A program made the position numbers and the translations under genes. A model generated the notes under the pieces. It made no database searches and was not told the origin of the DNA. It was given only the letters and a program-made list of their open reading frames with translations. A stretch of DNA of 64,000 bases. Origin: Azolla caroliniana (taxonomy: Eukaryota; Plantae; Polypodiophyta). Positions 38,968 through 50,568 of this stretch are shown one piece after another. The first letter of the stretch is position 1, and the number at the start of each line of letters is the position of its first letter. The stretch lies in contig JBHGNT010000005.1 of the NCBI GenBank assembly GCA_043228905.1, positions 17,112,001 through 17,176,000 of the forward strand. The letters run 5' to 3'.

Positions 38968-41900
38968 CTATTCTTCGTCCAAAATATCCAGAATGCTTTG
39001 TTCAAGAGTCTCCAATGGTTCATCTGGAATTGGTTGTTGTTGTTGTTGTGGTTGTTGTTGTTGCTGTTGCTGCTCCATTGATGGTTACTGCGACTGGTCC
39101 TTTGGTGGCTGTTGCGGCTACTCCTTCATTTGTTGCTCTGACACCGACGTTTCCGTCGTTGCTCCCTTCGTCGTAGTGGTCTCCGGTTGACTGGTTCCGG
39201 CCTGGCCCTCGGCCGGCGACGGTTCCTCATCACTAAGGTTAACCGTTGCCGCTTCCCGTGCTTTTTCTTCCCGAACCCGGGACCAGCTCGTAGCTTTCAA
39301 ACTGGATTTGAGCGTCCAGCCGATCATCGTCTAGCTGAGCTACGAGTTGTCGGACCTGCACCAGTTGTTCATCCGCCAAGACTTGGAAGTCTTCAGCCAG
39401 CTCGTCTCGTATGGCGGTGAAGTCCTCGGAAGTCAACGTGTAACAATCATCTCCTTCCTTCCACCGGTTTGCCACGTTTGCCCGTAGCAATTGGAGTTCG
39501 GCCGTATTTTGTGCCCACTTTGTCCACCATCTTACGAAGCTTTCGTCAATCAAGCCTTTTGTCTGATTCAGCCATGCCCGGAGGATGCACTGAATCCAAC
39601 CTGTTCCCATCTGCGATTTGATCTCCACAGCTTGTCGTTCCTCCTTCAATTGCTTGATGATTTTGACGTTGTCTTCCGCCTGCTCCTTGTAATGCGTCAA
39701 TTGCCTTTGATATGTGCTTTGTAATTTTTGCAATATCGTTGACGCTCTCTCCTTTTCTTCCTGCTGCTGCCTCTAGAGCTCCATCCGAACCTTCTCTGCC
39801 TCGTCCAACCGTCTTGTATTTTCCGCTCGTTCGTCGGCGAGCGCCGTCGCAGCCTGATCAACTTCCTGCTGGAGCTCGGCCACCCGTTCCTTATGCTTCT
39901 TTTCCAGCCGTTTGTAGTCCCGGTGCAGGTGCTCAAAATCATCTGTCTTTTGCTTGAGCCGTGCGTTGATCTGTTGACGGGCCTGGTCCTCGCGGTCCTT
40001 CTGCTAGCGGAGCTCCTCCTTTAGCCGTTCAATTTCCATTTCCGTCGTCTTCCGTAGCTTGTCCTTTTCCTGCAGCACTTTGTCTTTTTCCTCCCTTAGC
40101 CGGTCGTATGCTTGATGGACTTTTCGGAGGCTCTCCTCTGCCCGGCGGAGGTTCTCAGCAGTCTTCTTTAATTCTGCTTCGGCCGTTGTCTTCAATCCCC
40201 GTTCACGGCTCCTTAGCGCTTCTTGTGCGGCAAGTTCATCTCTCAATTCCGCAAGCTCCTGGGCTTGCGCCGCATCTCTCTCTGTGACGGTTTCCGTTGC
40301 CGAGGTCTTATTAGTATGTACAGGTTGGTTTGGTTCTTTATCCTATACACTTACCAGAGTCACCGGTGCCTGGATCTGTGTTGCCGTTAAGGCCATTTTG
40401 GCCATTTTTGTGGTGACCTGATCCAAGTCTTTTTCAAGGCACCGGATTCTGGATCGGGCCGTCTCTAGTTGTTCAGTTGTGACGAGCAACCGTTCGCTTT
40501 GCACTCTTTCTTCCGCCTCAATATACCCCACTGCTCCGGCAATCTATTCGCCTATCCACCGGAGCCATAGGCTACTGGTGCATTGTTGTTGCGCTTGCAC
40601 GGAGGTTTGACGGATGGTCTCGCTTGTGGATGGGTGATCCAGACTGATTGCGCCGAGTTGCAATTCCGTTTCTGGCCGTGGACAATCCTGCTGTCCTGGT
40701 TCCCCTTGCGCTTCTTCTTGGTTGGCCGAGGGAGGCTGCATTGACCTTTCCGGCTCTGGCGGAATGGGACTTGCCGGTGTTGCCGGTGGTGCAGGGGCTT
40801 CTGATTCCGGTGCCATGCGCACCGGTTCCGGTTCCTCCCTTGATGTGGGAGCCAGTGTTCCCTCCGTCTGAGGGTCCAAACGTTTCCCGGCTGCCTCAAC
40901 GGTCCTTGCCGACGACCGTCGCTGGAGGTGCTCCGTAGGCTCCTCTATTTCCTCTTCCTGAGTCCCGGTATTAAGTTTTGCCGCCAAGGGGTTCGCTTCT
41001 CTGTTCACCGATCGGCGGAGTGTAACCTTTACGGGCCGTACCGGTGGTTCCTCCTACGCATCCGTTGACCGCTTCCGGCTGGCGCTCTCCTTTCCCACCT
41101 ATTCTGCGTCCGCCGCCTTCCCCTTAGTGGCCTTAGAGGCCAACAGTTGTTGTCTTTTGGAAGCAGTCTTTGGGGTGCCGTCCGCCACTCTTCCCCGCTT
41201 CTTGGGTTGGACGGGCTGGACGGGTGGCACAAGCAAGGTGATCCACAACATTACTGCGTGCCATATCCTTCGTCCTTCTCGGCCTTCTTTACCGTCTTTT
41301 CCTCTGACGATCTCGATCGCCGCACACAAACCGTCTGCGATCAATACCGGCCAATCCACCTTGATCCCTTCATAGGTGGCGATGATCATCCCTGCCCGGT
41401 TCTGCGGCATGACAGGGGGTCTAGGGTACACATGGCCGTATTCGTGGAGAACACGAGCAATCTCGCGGAACAGCATATCTCTGCCGCCCTGTGTCCGATA
41501 GCCCTTGCTGGCTAGGGAGTACTCACCAAAATACTTGATGAGTTGCTCCGAGGTCAGATTGTCAATCGTGAGTATGCCTCCCTCCGGAAGGCCTGTTAAT
41601 GCAAGGATCGCCTCCGCCGTTATGACCTCTGTGTCGATTTCTTTGATCACCTTGTCGGCTTCTTTGTGTGGCGGTACCTCCATAATCGTCAAGAAGCCCT
41701 TGAGCCAGTGTTGCTTTAGCCATTTCTTGGCGGCTTCCGACAGCGTTTGCGGGTCCATGTCTATGTCGAGGTCGGATTGTGGTGGCGAGGTTGGATGGTG
41801 ATGAGAGTGATATTGAGAGAGAGGGAGTTCAGAAAGCGGGGGTTCTCTGTGCGTAGGTTCTTGTCTAATGATCTTCCAGCGCCTTGCTGCTTCTGTGCTC

Positions 41901-42064
41901 CTGGGTTCGCGAAAGTAGAGGGTCTCCACGCGCAGTGGTTTTTCTCTGTGCATTCTGGCGCCTTTTTCGAGTGTGTGCACGTCGTGTACTAAAATAGCAT
42001 TATGTCCTGTGGTGGCGCTTAAATGCCCACTACGTACCTTTTCGCTCCTCGCTCTCTCGTCCAT
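38968..42064 (-). pseudogene. Gypsy-A 3' extra ORF (~1000 aa reconstructed): globular N-domain, Pro/Glu linker, long coiled coil, C-terminal ILDILDEE*
   Basis: Same-strand ORF pieces 42064-41099, 41008-40544, 40531-40343, 40246-40004, 39733-39239, 39327-39118 joined by frameshifts or stops; lies between integrase and 3' LTR. Confidence 0.7.
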
Positions 42065-45000
42065 TCATACCTCGCTTTTGCATGATTACTTCGCTTTTTT
42101 TTCTTTTCTTTTTTCTTTTTTTTTTAATGTAGTGTGAGGTTACTTGCCCGTACCGGCCTCATTCTCCCCAGTTACCGGCTCGTCGTCTCTACTATCTTGG
42201 TGGTTGCCGTTTCCCTCATAGGTTGCCGTTTCCGCAGTAGTGTCAGTCCTTTGCTCAAATGGGTTCTTGGGCATCGGTCCTCTACATGGCTTCAATCGAA
42301 ATCCGTTGACCCATTTGCCTAGCACTTCGCCGGCAAGTGTCCCTAACTAGTAGGACCCATTATACTCACGTGTCAGCCAATACGGGTCGGTCCATCTAAA
42401 CCGTAGTTTACCCGGCATCTTGCCCATCCGGGTCTGAAATACTAACACTGGCTTGCCGATTGCGAACATTTTTTCATTTCCTTTCCTGTGTCGGTCGACA
42501 AATGCTTTCCGTCGCCGTTGTTCCAATTCTAAGTGCAGGATGCTTGCCAGTCATTGTTCCTCGAGTTCACACAGCGCTATTAACCGTATTGCCTCCGACT
42601 CCTTCTCGTTCAGCCGTTCCCGTAGCTGGATCCGTAAGCTGGGTACTTGGAATTCCACCGGCATTACCGCCTCTAGTCCGAACGCTAACCGGAACGGTGT
42701 TGTTCGGATGCTCGTTTTATATGTTGTCCGGTATGCCCAAAGCGCGCTATGTAGCTTGGTATCCCAATCCGTTTGGTTTTCATTGACGATCTTCCGGAGG
42801 ATATTCTGGAGCGTTTTGTTCGTCAATTCAGCTAACCCATTTGCTTGCGGATAGTATGGTGTGCTCCGTTTATGGACAATGGCATAGAATGTCGTCAAGC
42901 TTTCAACTACTTGGCCGAGAAAGTGCCCCCCTTGGTCGCTTATTAATTCGATAGGGCATCCGTAACGGCACCAGATGTATTCGTATAGAAATTTTGTCAT
43001 TGACGCAGCGGTGTTGTCTCTTAAGGCTTTGGCCTCCACCCATTTCGTGCAGTAATCCGTCGCGACGATGACGTACCGATTACCTGTTCTCATTGCCGGT
43101 GGTTTGAACGGTCCAACAAAGTCCAGCCCCCACTTCTGGAATGGTTCGAGTGGTAGTACAGGCTGGTGTGGCATCCGGGCCCATTCGTTGGCATAGGTCA
43201 CATTCTTTTGCGTACCGTACAACATCTCTTAATGTCGTTGGCCACCATAGGCCACTTTGCCATATTTTCCTGGCCGTCGCATCTCCGGCATAGTGACCTC
43301 CGGCAACTCCGCAGTGGGTTTCCCTCAATATGAGGTCCTTTTCATCGTTGCGCACAGCCCGTCTCCATATGCCGTCCACGCCCTTGTGGTAAAGTGTGTC
43401 TCGCAGTAAGCAGAAATGTCGGCTTTGCACCGCTAGGCGTTTCCTTTCGTCCCGGTTCATCTCTTCTAGAGGCAGTCCTGTGCTCAGAAACTGGTGCATA
43501 TTTGTGAGCCACTTGTCTTCCTGTGCCACCGTCTCATTTGTTGTCGTTTCCGTAGTGACTCGAAACAGCTCCGCATCCGGAAACTTGTCCGCTACTCCGT
43601 CGCCCGTCTCTCCGGACTCTAATCGGCTTAAATAATCCGCTACAGCATGTTGTATACCGGGTCGGTGGAATATTTCGAACTCGAATTCCTGTAACAGTAA
43701 GGTCCACTGGGCCAATTTACCAGTGAGTGACGCCTTGGACACCAGGTAGAGGAGTGCCGAATGATCTACATGGAAGGAAATTTTCCTTCCCAATAAATAA
43801 TGCCAAAACTTTGTCACACTGTAGATCATCTCTAGAGCTTCCCGTTCCGTGGTAGAGTAGTTCCGTTCCGCTTGGGATAGTTTTCGGCTGGCATAGTACA
43901 CTGGCCGGTACCACTTTGGCTCCGTAAGCTGCATCAGTACGCTTCCGATTGTGATGTCGGAGGTGTCCACGAACACATGAAATTCTTTACTCCAATCCAG
44001 AGGCTGCACTACCGGTGCTTGCGACAATAGTAGCTTGAGGGCCCTATACGCCCTATCCTCGGTGTCGGTCCACTGGAATGGTGTTCGATGTACTGCGGCA
44101 TGCAACGGTGTAGCCAGGTCGGCCAAGTATCGGAGCATCCGACTGTGCCACCGGATCCCATCGTGGTCGCCAAAAATTGTGTTAACTCTTAGGGTCGGAC
44201 AATGGCCTAACACAGGGTGTCTACTGAAGACACTTCACCAAAGGGTGTTACGGCAAGAGGATTAGACTCAACCCTTAATCCAACTTAATTAGGTTACTTA
44301 GCAAGATCGTCCTTAATAATCACACGCGTAAGATATAACAATGAATGCAGAATGGCAATTAACAGAGAGAGATAAAAACACTAATCTTTATTAATTATCC
44401 GCTCCTCATTACATTGTATCCGGGCCTTTAAATAGGTTTCCGGTCTGTAGTACAAAACGGTGCCATCCGCACCTGTTCGGGATCGGTCCGGATCCGGAAC
44501 GGCATACCGAATCCGGTCCGTCCATCCACACTAATAGCTTACTTACAACCATTCCTAATAATTAATTAACTCCTCCGTTTCACACTCTGGACTCCTTTGC
44601 CGGCCAGTAACATGATGCACCCGAATCGACCACCCATGTTGATTCATCGCAGACAAGTTTTAGCTCACTTGCTCACTAATGAACAACAACTCCTCCTCAC
44701 TTGTGGCGATTGCTGACGTCCCTCTTATTTCTGGATTCTTCTTTGATTCCATACCGTCAACTCCCCCTTTATCTTTCTTGAAGTGTCGGCAATTCTTTTG
44801 CAAGTGCCCTGGCTTCCCACAATAGAAGCATGTGGGCCTTCCCCTCGACTTCGACATCGTCCCTGACTTTTCCTGGTTCTAGGAATTTCTATTCCGACCT
44901 CTTCCCTGATTCATGTCACCTACCGTGACTAAGGCCTTTGGGTCAGTTACGGACTCTTTATCCTTCCGATGATTTTCTTCATTCAACAATCTTGACTTCA

Positions 45001-46459
45001 ACTTCTCCAGGGATAAGTGCTTCTCTTCCTGTCCGGCGTTCCCCAATGTGACAATGAGCGTCTCCCAGCTTTCTGGAAGGGATACCAACAACAGTAATGC
45101 TAGTACCTCATCGGCTAGAAGTAGTTCTGGAGAGGTGGTTTGGTTGATCAGCCCCTAAAAGGCATTTAGCTGGTCCGCCATGCTAGAGCCATCCTAATAC
45201 CGGAGTCTCACGATCTTCCTGAAAACTAAGACTCTGTTGATGACATTTTTGTTCTCGAGCATAATGCTGATCTTTTCCCGGAGGATGTTTGCCTTTTTCT
45301 CTTCATTGAAGTTGTTGTATAGACTCGTGCCTATAAAACACCTTATGTTTGTTGATGCCTTCTGATGCATGACTTCCCAAGCCGATGCATCGATCTTGTC
45401 AGGGTTTGTCTTGTCGTATTGTACCGACAACCATAAGTCTTTACACACCAACATGTCCCGCATCGTCGTCTTCCACACTGAGTTGTTGGAGCCGGTTAAC
45501 TTGAATATTCCTCCAACATGTTTGTCCATCACTCTGATACCAATTTGTTGAGAATTCTGGTTAATATTCGTGCATATGCATGTGCAAAGATTGACAATGG
45601 TAGTATGCAGACAAATAGGAAATAGAAGTATAGAGACAAGATATTTTACGTGGAAACCCTGAAATGGGAAAAACCACAGAGCCCACAGACTCCGAATTGA
45701 ATCACTATAGCGAGAGGAAATACACACAAGAATCTCAAGGCAACGACCTTGAGATCTTCTTCGTCTAATAGACGGTTACAGAGGACACACTCTCTATCTA
45801 TCTATCTATCTATCTCTCTTTCACTCTCACAGTTACAAAGGCAACAACCTCACTATAACTTGTACAACAATAATGATCATCCTATGTGTGTCTAACTACA
45901 TGCCCTAAGTATATTTATACTCATATACTTAAATAACTATTTACAAATATAGCCTTAATCGGTACATGTAGGCTATTTAAATATATAGCCCAATTGGATT
46001 TGGTCGATTGACCAAATCGATTATCGTTCGATTATCGTCATTCGCTTTTTCGGCCTCGGCCGAGTTAGCTATACATTCGATCCGGCCCCTGCTTTTCTTC
46101 CCATTCAGAGGGACTGGTTTTCCCAACAAATAATGTAAACAACTATTGAACCATTATGGTTGGCTCACTAATGGAAAAACTAGTTGGATGTAAAATGGAA
46201 TCAAAGATAAGTGCATGGGCTAAAAAAATGATAAGAGTATCCAAGGAGAAAATTAGCCTTAGAGGTAAAGGTTTATATTGTTGCTTTGTAGAGTTCAAGA
46301 AAGCTTTTGTCACCCTTTGAGTATTAACAAAGGGGAATGGAAGAACTCGAGGTGCCAAGTGAATATATTCTGGCAATTTCCTGAATATATGAGAAGGTTA
46401 CATGTTGTAGGCATATGAGAGATGCACTTTCAGATTTTTTCAATAACACTATTGGTGTG

Positions 46460-49264
46460 TGTTGTCCGCCAGAATTGTAACCGCCGGACATAATGCGTAA
46501 AATATGAAAAATGTATTAGAAGCGTTAAGGAAAGAGATGCAACGGCTCACGCAAGAAGCATGACCAATTGAATGCCTTGTATATATAAAGGGCAGAAATC
46601 CTCTGTAAGAGGTAGTGTGTAATTTTTGAGCGTGAGGTTTTTTCTAATAGAATCTTATCTTCTCTGATTTTCTGTGTTTGTGCAACCCGTGTTGTCTTGT
46701 GTAATCTTTGTGCTATTCGTAAGTGCGTCTCTATAAGCGTAGGGTAAGAGTCATCGTAGTATAAAATGAACCTTCACCCATAGATATGCATTATTACGCA
46801 ACTAACGGATTACGGCTCACGCCTCGTCTGGCGTCATACCTTGCCACGCAATCACCTTGAGGTCTATCTCGAAGGACTGAAGATAGACAGTGTTCCATAT
46901 CGGTAACACGTTTGGCACACCTGGTGATCTGTGATTTCTCGCAGATGAACAACAAGGGATGGATGTCTAGTTGTCGAAGACCCAGAGAACCGACCTGGCA
47001 AGACCGACCACTCACGAGGTCTATCACACGCCAGACAGAGGAGCGCGCAAAGCAAAAACCTTACCTCGACTTAGCTATTCCTTTCAGGACTACAAAGTCA
47101 ACTCCACGCTCACAGAACACCACGACGTCAAGCAGTAAGTCCTGTCACCACAAGAGAACCGTGGTCTTCCCCTGCCCACCATAGCGTCTGGAATGGCCTT
47201 CTCCTATCCATGCTTCAACATAGCGTCTGGAATGGCTAATCACATGGCGCAGTGGCTTCCAGAGGCGGAACCGCACCAATCAAAGATTGCAGAGTTCGGA
47301 CTAACTCTGGATGCTAGAGCGGTGTACTGGCACTCTCAGATGGACCTGGCAGCAATCACGACCTTCGATCAGCTGCAATCAACATTTTTGTGATTTTTCC
47401 ATAAAAGGATACTGCAACGAGAGATTATTGGGCAATTTTACACCATCAAGCAATCACCAATAGAATCCATCACGGATTTTAGTCTACGATAGTAGTTTAC
47501 ACGAGCCCCAACAGATGAGGAAGCTAAGGAGACATTTTTGGCAGCCCTCCGACAACCTATCAAAACGACGTTGAACACGCATAGTGTGAAAGGGGAAATA
47601 GCCTATATGGTTATCGAGCGAGCATTACAGCTCAAATTGGAAGAAGAAGATGACGGATTTTCCATGTCGTCGTTACGCAAGGCGTTGCCTCAGGATGAGG
47701 AACACACTACTTCTGCCAGGCTATTCAATGCACGATCTGTCTCAACTCCGGGCATTCCACGGTGGAATGCAATATGCGAATTCATTGCCCAATTTGTCAC
47801 TCAAAGGCACACACGGTCAAGCAGTGTGAATAGAATATGCTTAACAGACCTACACCCACAGTACGACGCGTAGAACCACAGCGGCCACTTCACCGAAATG
47901 ATCAAGGGAGACAAGAGGAATGACCCTGATATACGGAACGAAATCCGTGCGAAGATCGTCACTACCGTAATGGCCGGAACAACTTATATTCCGATGAAGA
48001 GGAACTATAGGACGAAGAATATCGGGGCAACAACCGATATAATAAAGGGGGGCACCGTTATAACAATCGACGTTTTGCGACCAATCGCGGGGGATTCAAT
48101 GGACCACGGCCACAGGGACATAATAGGCAATATAAGGACCAACGTCGGTATGACGAAAGTTCAGAATATGAGTGGCGCCAGGAGACACATCGTGAACCCC
48201 GACACCCACCACAGAATAACATGAGGCTTCACAAAATCAAGATGAACAAGCAATAGCCACGGAAACGGCTACACCGCCAGAGAGAGAGACAGGCAAGTCC
48301 AGTGTCCATTGTTTCGTATGCCAACAACCCGGACATTACGCAACTCAGTGTCCACTTCGCAAGGGCAAAGGACCCGCCGTAAATACGATTACAGTGGAAG
48401 TTCAGCAAGTGACAACACGATAACAAACCAAGAACGTAGAATGGGTTGTGCAAGAGGAGATACGCAAAGCGGCCCAAGCCTGGGTAGAAAAAGCTAACGC
48501 GGCAAATACGGAATGTATGAGGCAGGAATCCGCGAATAGCTTACTAAGGGGAGAAGATACCACATCACCGGATTCCATATGGCAGGCACTAGCGGACTGC
48601 AGGATAACGATGACCATGGAGAAGCTCCTCCGACTAGTTCCGCGATTCAGACAAGCAGTGGAGAAGCACTTGCGGACATTATGCCATCTCTAGACCAGAA
48701 CGTACGAGCAGAGCCGAACATTCTGGACATCTTGGAGGATGAATAGAGGGATGGGTCCAACGTGCCATGGCATTGTCCCACAGGCGTGCCAGGTGTTGTC
48801 CGCTAGAATTGTAACCGTCAGACATAATGCGTAAAATATGAAAAATGTATTAGAAGCGTTAAGGAAAGAGATGTAACGGTTCACGCGAGAAGCGTGACCG
48901 GCTGAACGCCATGTATATATAAAGGGCAGAAATCCTCAGTAAGAGGTAGCGTGTAATTTTTGAGCGTGAGGTTTTTTCTAATAGAATCTTATCTTCTCTA
49001 ATTTTCTATGTCTGTACAACCCGTGCTGTCTTGTGTAATCTCTGTGTTATTCGTAAGTGCGTCTTCGTAAGCATAGGGTAAGAGTCAGCGTAGTAGCGCA
49101 CTCAGGTTCTCAGTCGTAGCCATGAACCTTCACCCATAAATACGCATTATTACGCAACTAACGGATTACGGCTCTCGCCTCGTGTGGCGCCATACCTTGC
49201 CACACAATCACCTTGAGGTCTATCTCGAAGGATTGAAGATAGATAGTGTTCCATATCAGTAACA
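46460..49264 (+). mobile_element. Gypsy element 'Gypsy-B' (gag only; pol deleted) inserted in the LINE RT
   Basis: LTRs 46460-46908 and 48794-49264; TSD GTGTG; PBS TGGCACACCTGGTG 46913-46926; gag remnants (FGLTLDARAVYW..FDQLQSTFL, zinc-knuckle-like Cys/His); ends with ILDILEDE* like Gypsy-A. Confidence 0.9.
48775..48791 (+). other. tRNA-Arg 3'-end-like sequence at the PPT position of Gypsy-B
   Basis: GTCCCACAGGCGTGCCA-GG-|TGTTGTCC (3' LTR); no purine tract present. Confidence 0.75.
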
Positions 49265-50568
49265 GTGTGAAGCAAGGATGTCCATTCTCACCAACTCTAT
49301 TTGGTCTATGCATTGATGAATTAGAAGAAATGATTGCCAACTTTGTAAAGGAAGAATTTGTGGAAGAAGTCACCATTGGGAATGTTATCATTATGATTTT
49401 GCTATATGCGGATGATGTAGTGCCTTTTGCAAATACTTTAGGAGATGCACAAAAGCTTATGAAGAGATTGGAAAAAATTTGCATGCATACTAAGTTAAGT
49501 CTCAATAGCTCTTAAACAAACATTATGCTTGTGAAGAGCCAAAGAAAAGATAAACCATGCATTATGTACAATATTAAGCCACTTGAATGTGTGGAAAGCT
49601 TCAAATTTTTGGGCCTTGAAGTTCCTTCAAATCATAGAGGGAATGCATGTGCTACAACCTGCTTAAAGGTGGGAAAGCGAGCATATCTTGCATTTGAGAA
49701 CACATGCAATCATGGAGATATTAAGTGTTGGCTCCTCAAGAAATACCTTTTCACACTTTGGTGAAAATGATGCTTCTCTATGGGGTGGAAGTATGGGGTG
49801 GTAGCATCCCTAAATCTACTTGGAAAGAGTTTGAAAATGTCCAAAAACATTTTTTTATCAAGTTTCTACAAGTTAAGAAACAAACCTCATACGCCCTCCT
49901 CCTTGAGACGGGCTCACTTCCCATTGAGATCATGGCCATGGAAAGGTTTGTTGAATACATACTTAAGAATAAAAAAAGTCCCTCACATCGACTTCCTAGA
50001 ATTGCATGGGAAGCAAGCAAAAAAATCCAAAAGACACATAAAAGCAAAATTTTGTGTTTTGGTTGGATACAAGATATGGAAAAACGGTTTGGTAGTTTGG
50101 ATGCAACACCCTTGCTTCATAATGCATTACTAGATTCCTTTGTAATTAAGGCCTTTTTGCAACGCCAATGTATCATGACATGGGACAAATGTGGAGGCTC
50201 GCGCTTCACACATTATAGTACACATGTTGCACCTAACTACAAAACTATATTCTTCGCAAAACATGGTAATCATACACATCAATATATGTTAGAGCCCATC
50301 CCGTTATTTGCCATTCAAACCATTGCTTCCATGCAACTTAGCTCACATTAATTGCAATGTGAGACAGGGAGTTGGGGCACAAGTGATGAGAGTTGTCGAC
50401 TATGCACACTTTGCCCTAAACAAGTTCAAGAGTCTAAGTATCACACTTTGACACAATGCTTTGCCTTTGAACATATTATTCGACCATGCTTTCCACACAT
50501 CTTCAACCAGTGCAAAGTGGATTTGGATGTAAGGGTGTTGAAAGGTTCGTCTCATTGGAGGTCAAAAA

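Larger units (their letters stand above)
38480..44612 (-). mobile_element. Non-chromovirus Ty3/gypsy element 'Gypsy-A' (gag-PR-RT deleted; RH, INT and 3' extra ORF retained)
   Basis: LTRs 38480-38912 and 44180-44612 (433 bp, about 14 mismatches by eye); TSD TGATG; PBS TGGCGACCACGATGGGA (tRNA-Arg type) at ~44156-44172; RH FHVFVDTS..YYASRKL..NYSTTEREAL; INT GGHYAG..WGLDFVGPF..YPQANGLAE. Confidence 0.93.
38256..46128 (-). mobile_element. 5' part of decayed copia 'Copia-4' (LTR, PBS, gag, PR), interrupted by Gypsy-A
   Basis: LTR 45546-46128, PBS at 45531-45542, gag ATG 45529, CFYCGKPGH, WVVDSGAS|FHL split at the Gypsy-A TSD, ends at RLDDEGY. Confidence 0.88.
34260..50508 (+). mobile_element. Decayed LINE ('LINE-2 copy', same clade as the LINE-1 copy), heavily interrupted; may be two fused copies
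   Basis: ORF1 34458-35174 (coiled coil plus RRSRNIVIRGIKEE); APE 35250-35745 (FWNCNG, LVETW, CYIPH); RT 46129-46459 and 49265-49760 (YCCFVEFKKAF, IGV|KQGCPFSP, LYADDVV); C-terminal zinc finger ~50350-50470. Confidence 0.85.

Noticed and set aside
35746-46128. A single element with inverted LTRs (DIRS-like)
   Set aside because: The two LTRs differ, each has its own PBS and gag, the flanks are not a TSD and there is no tyrosine recombinase; better explained as two copia elements fused by deletion.
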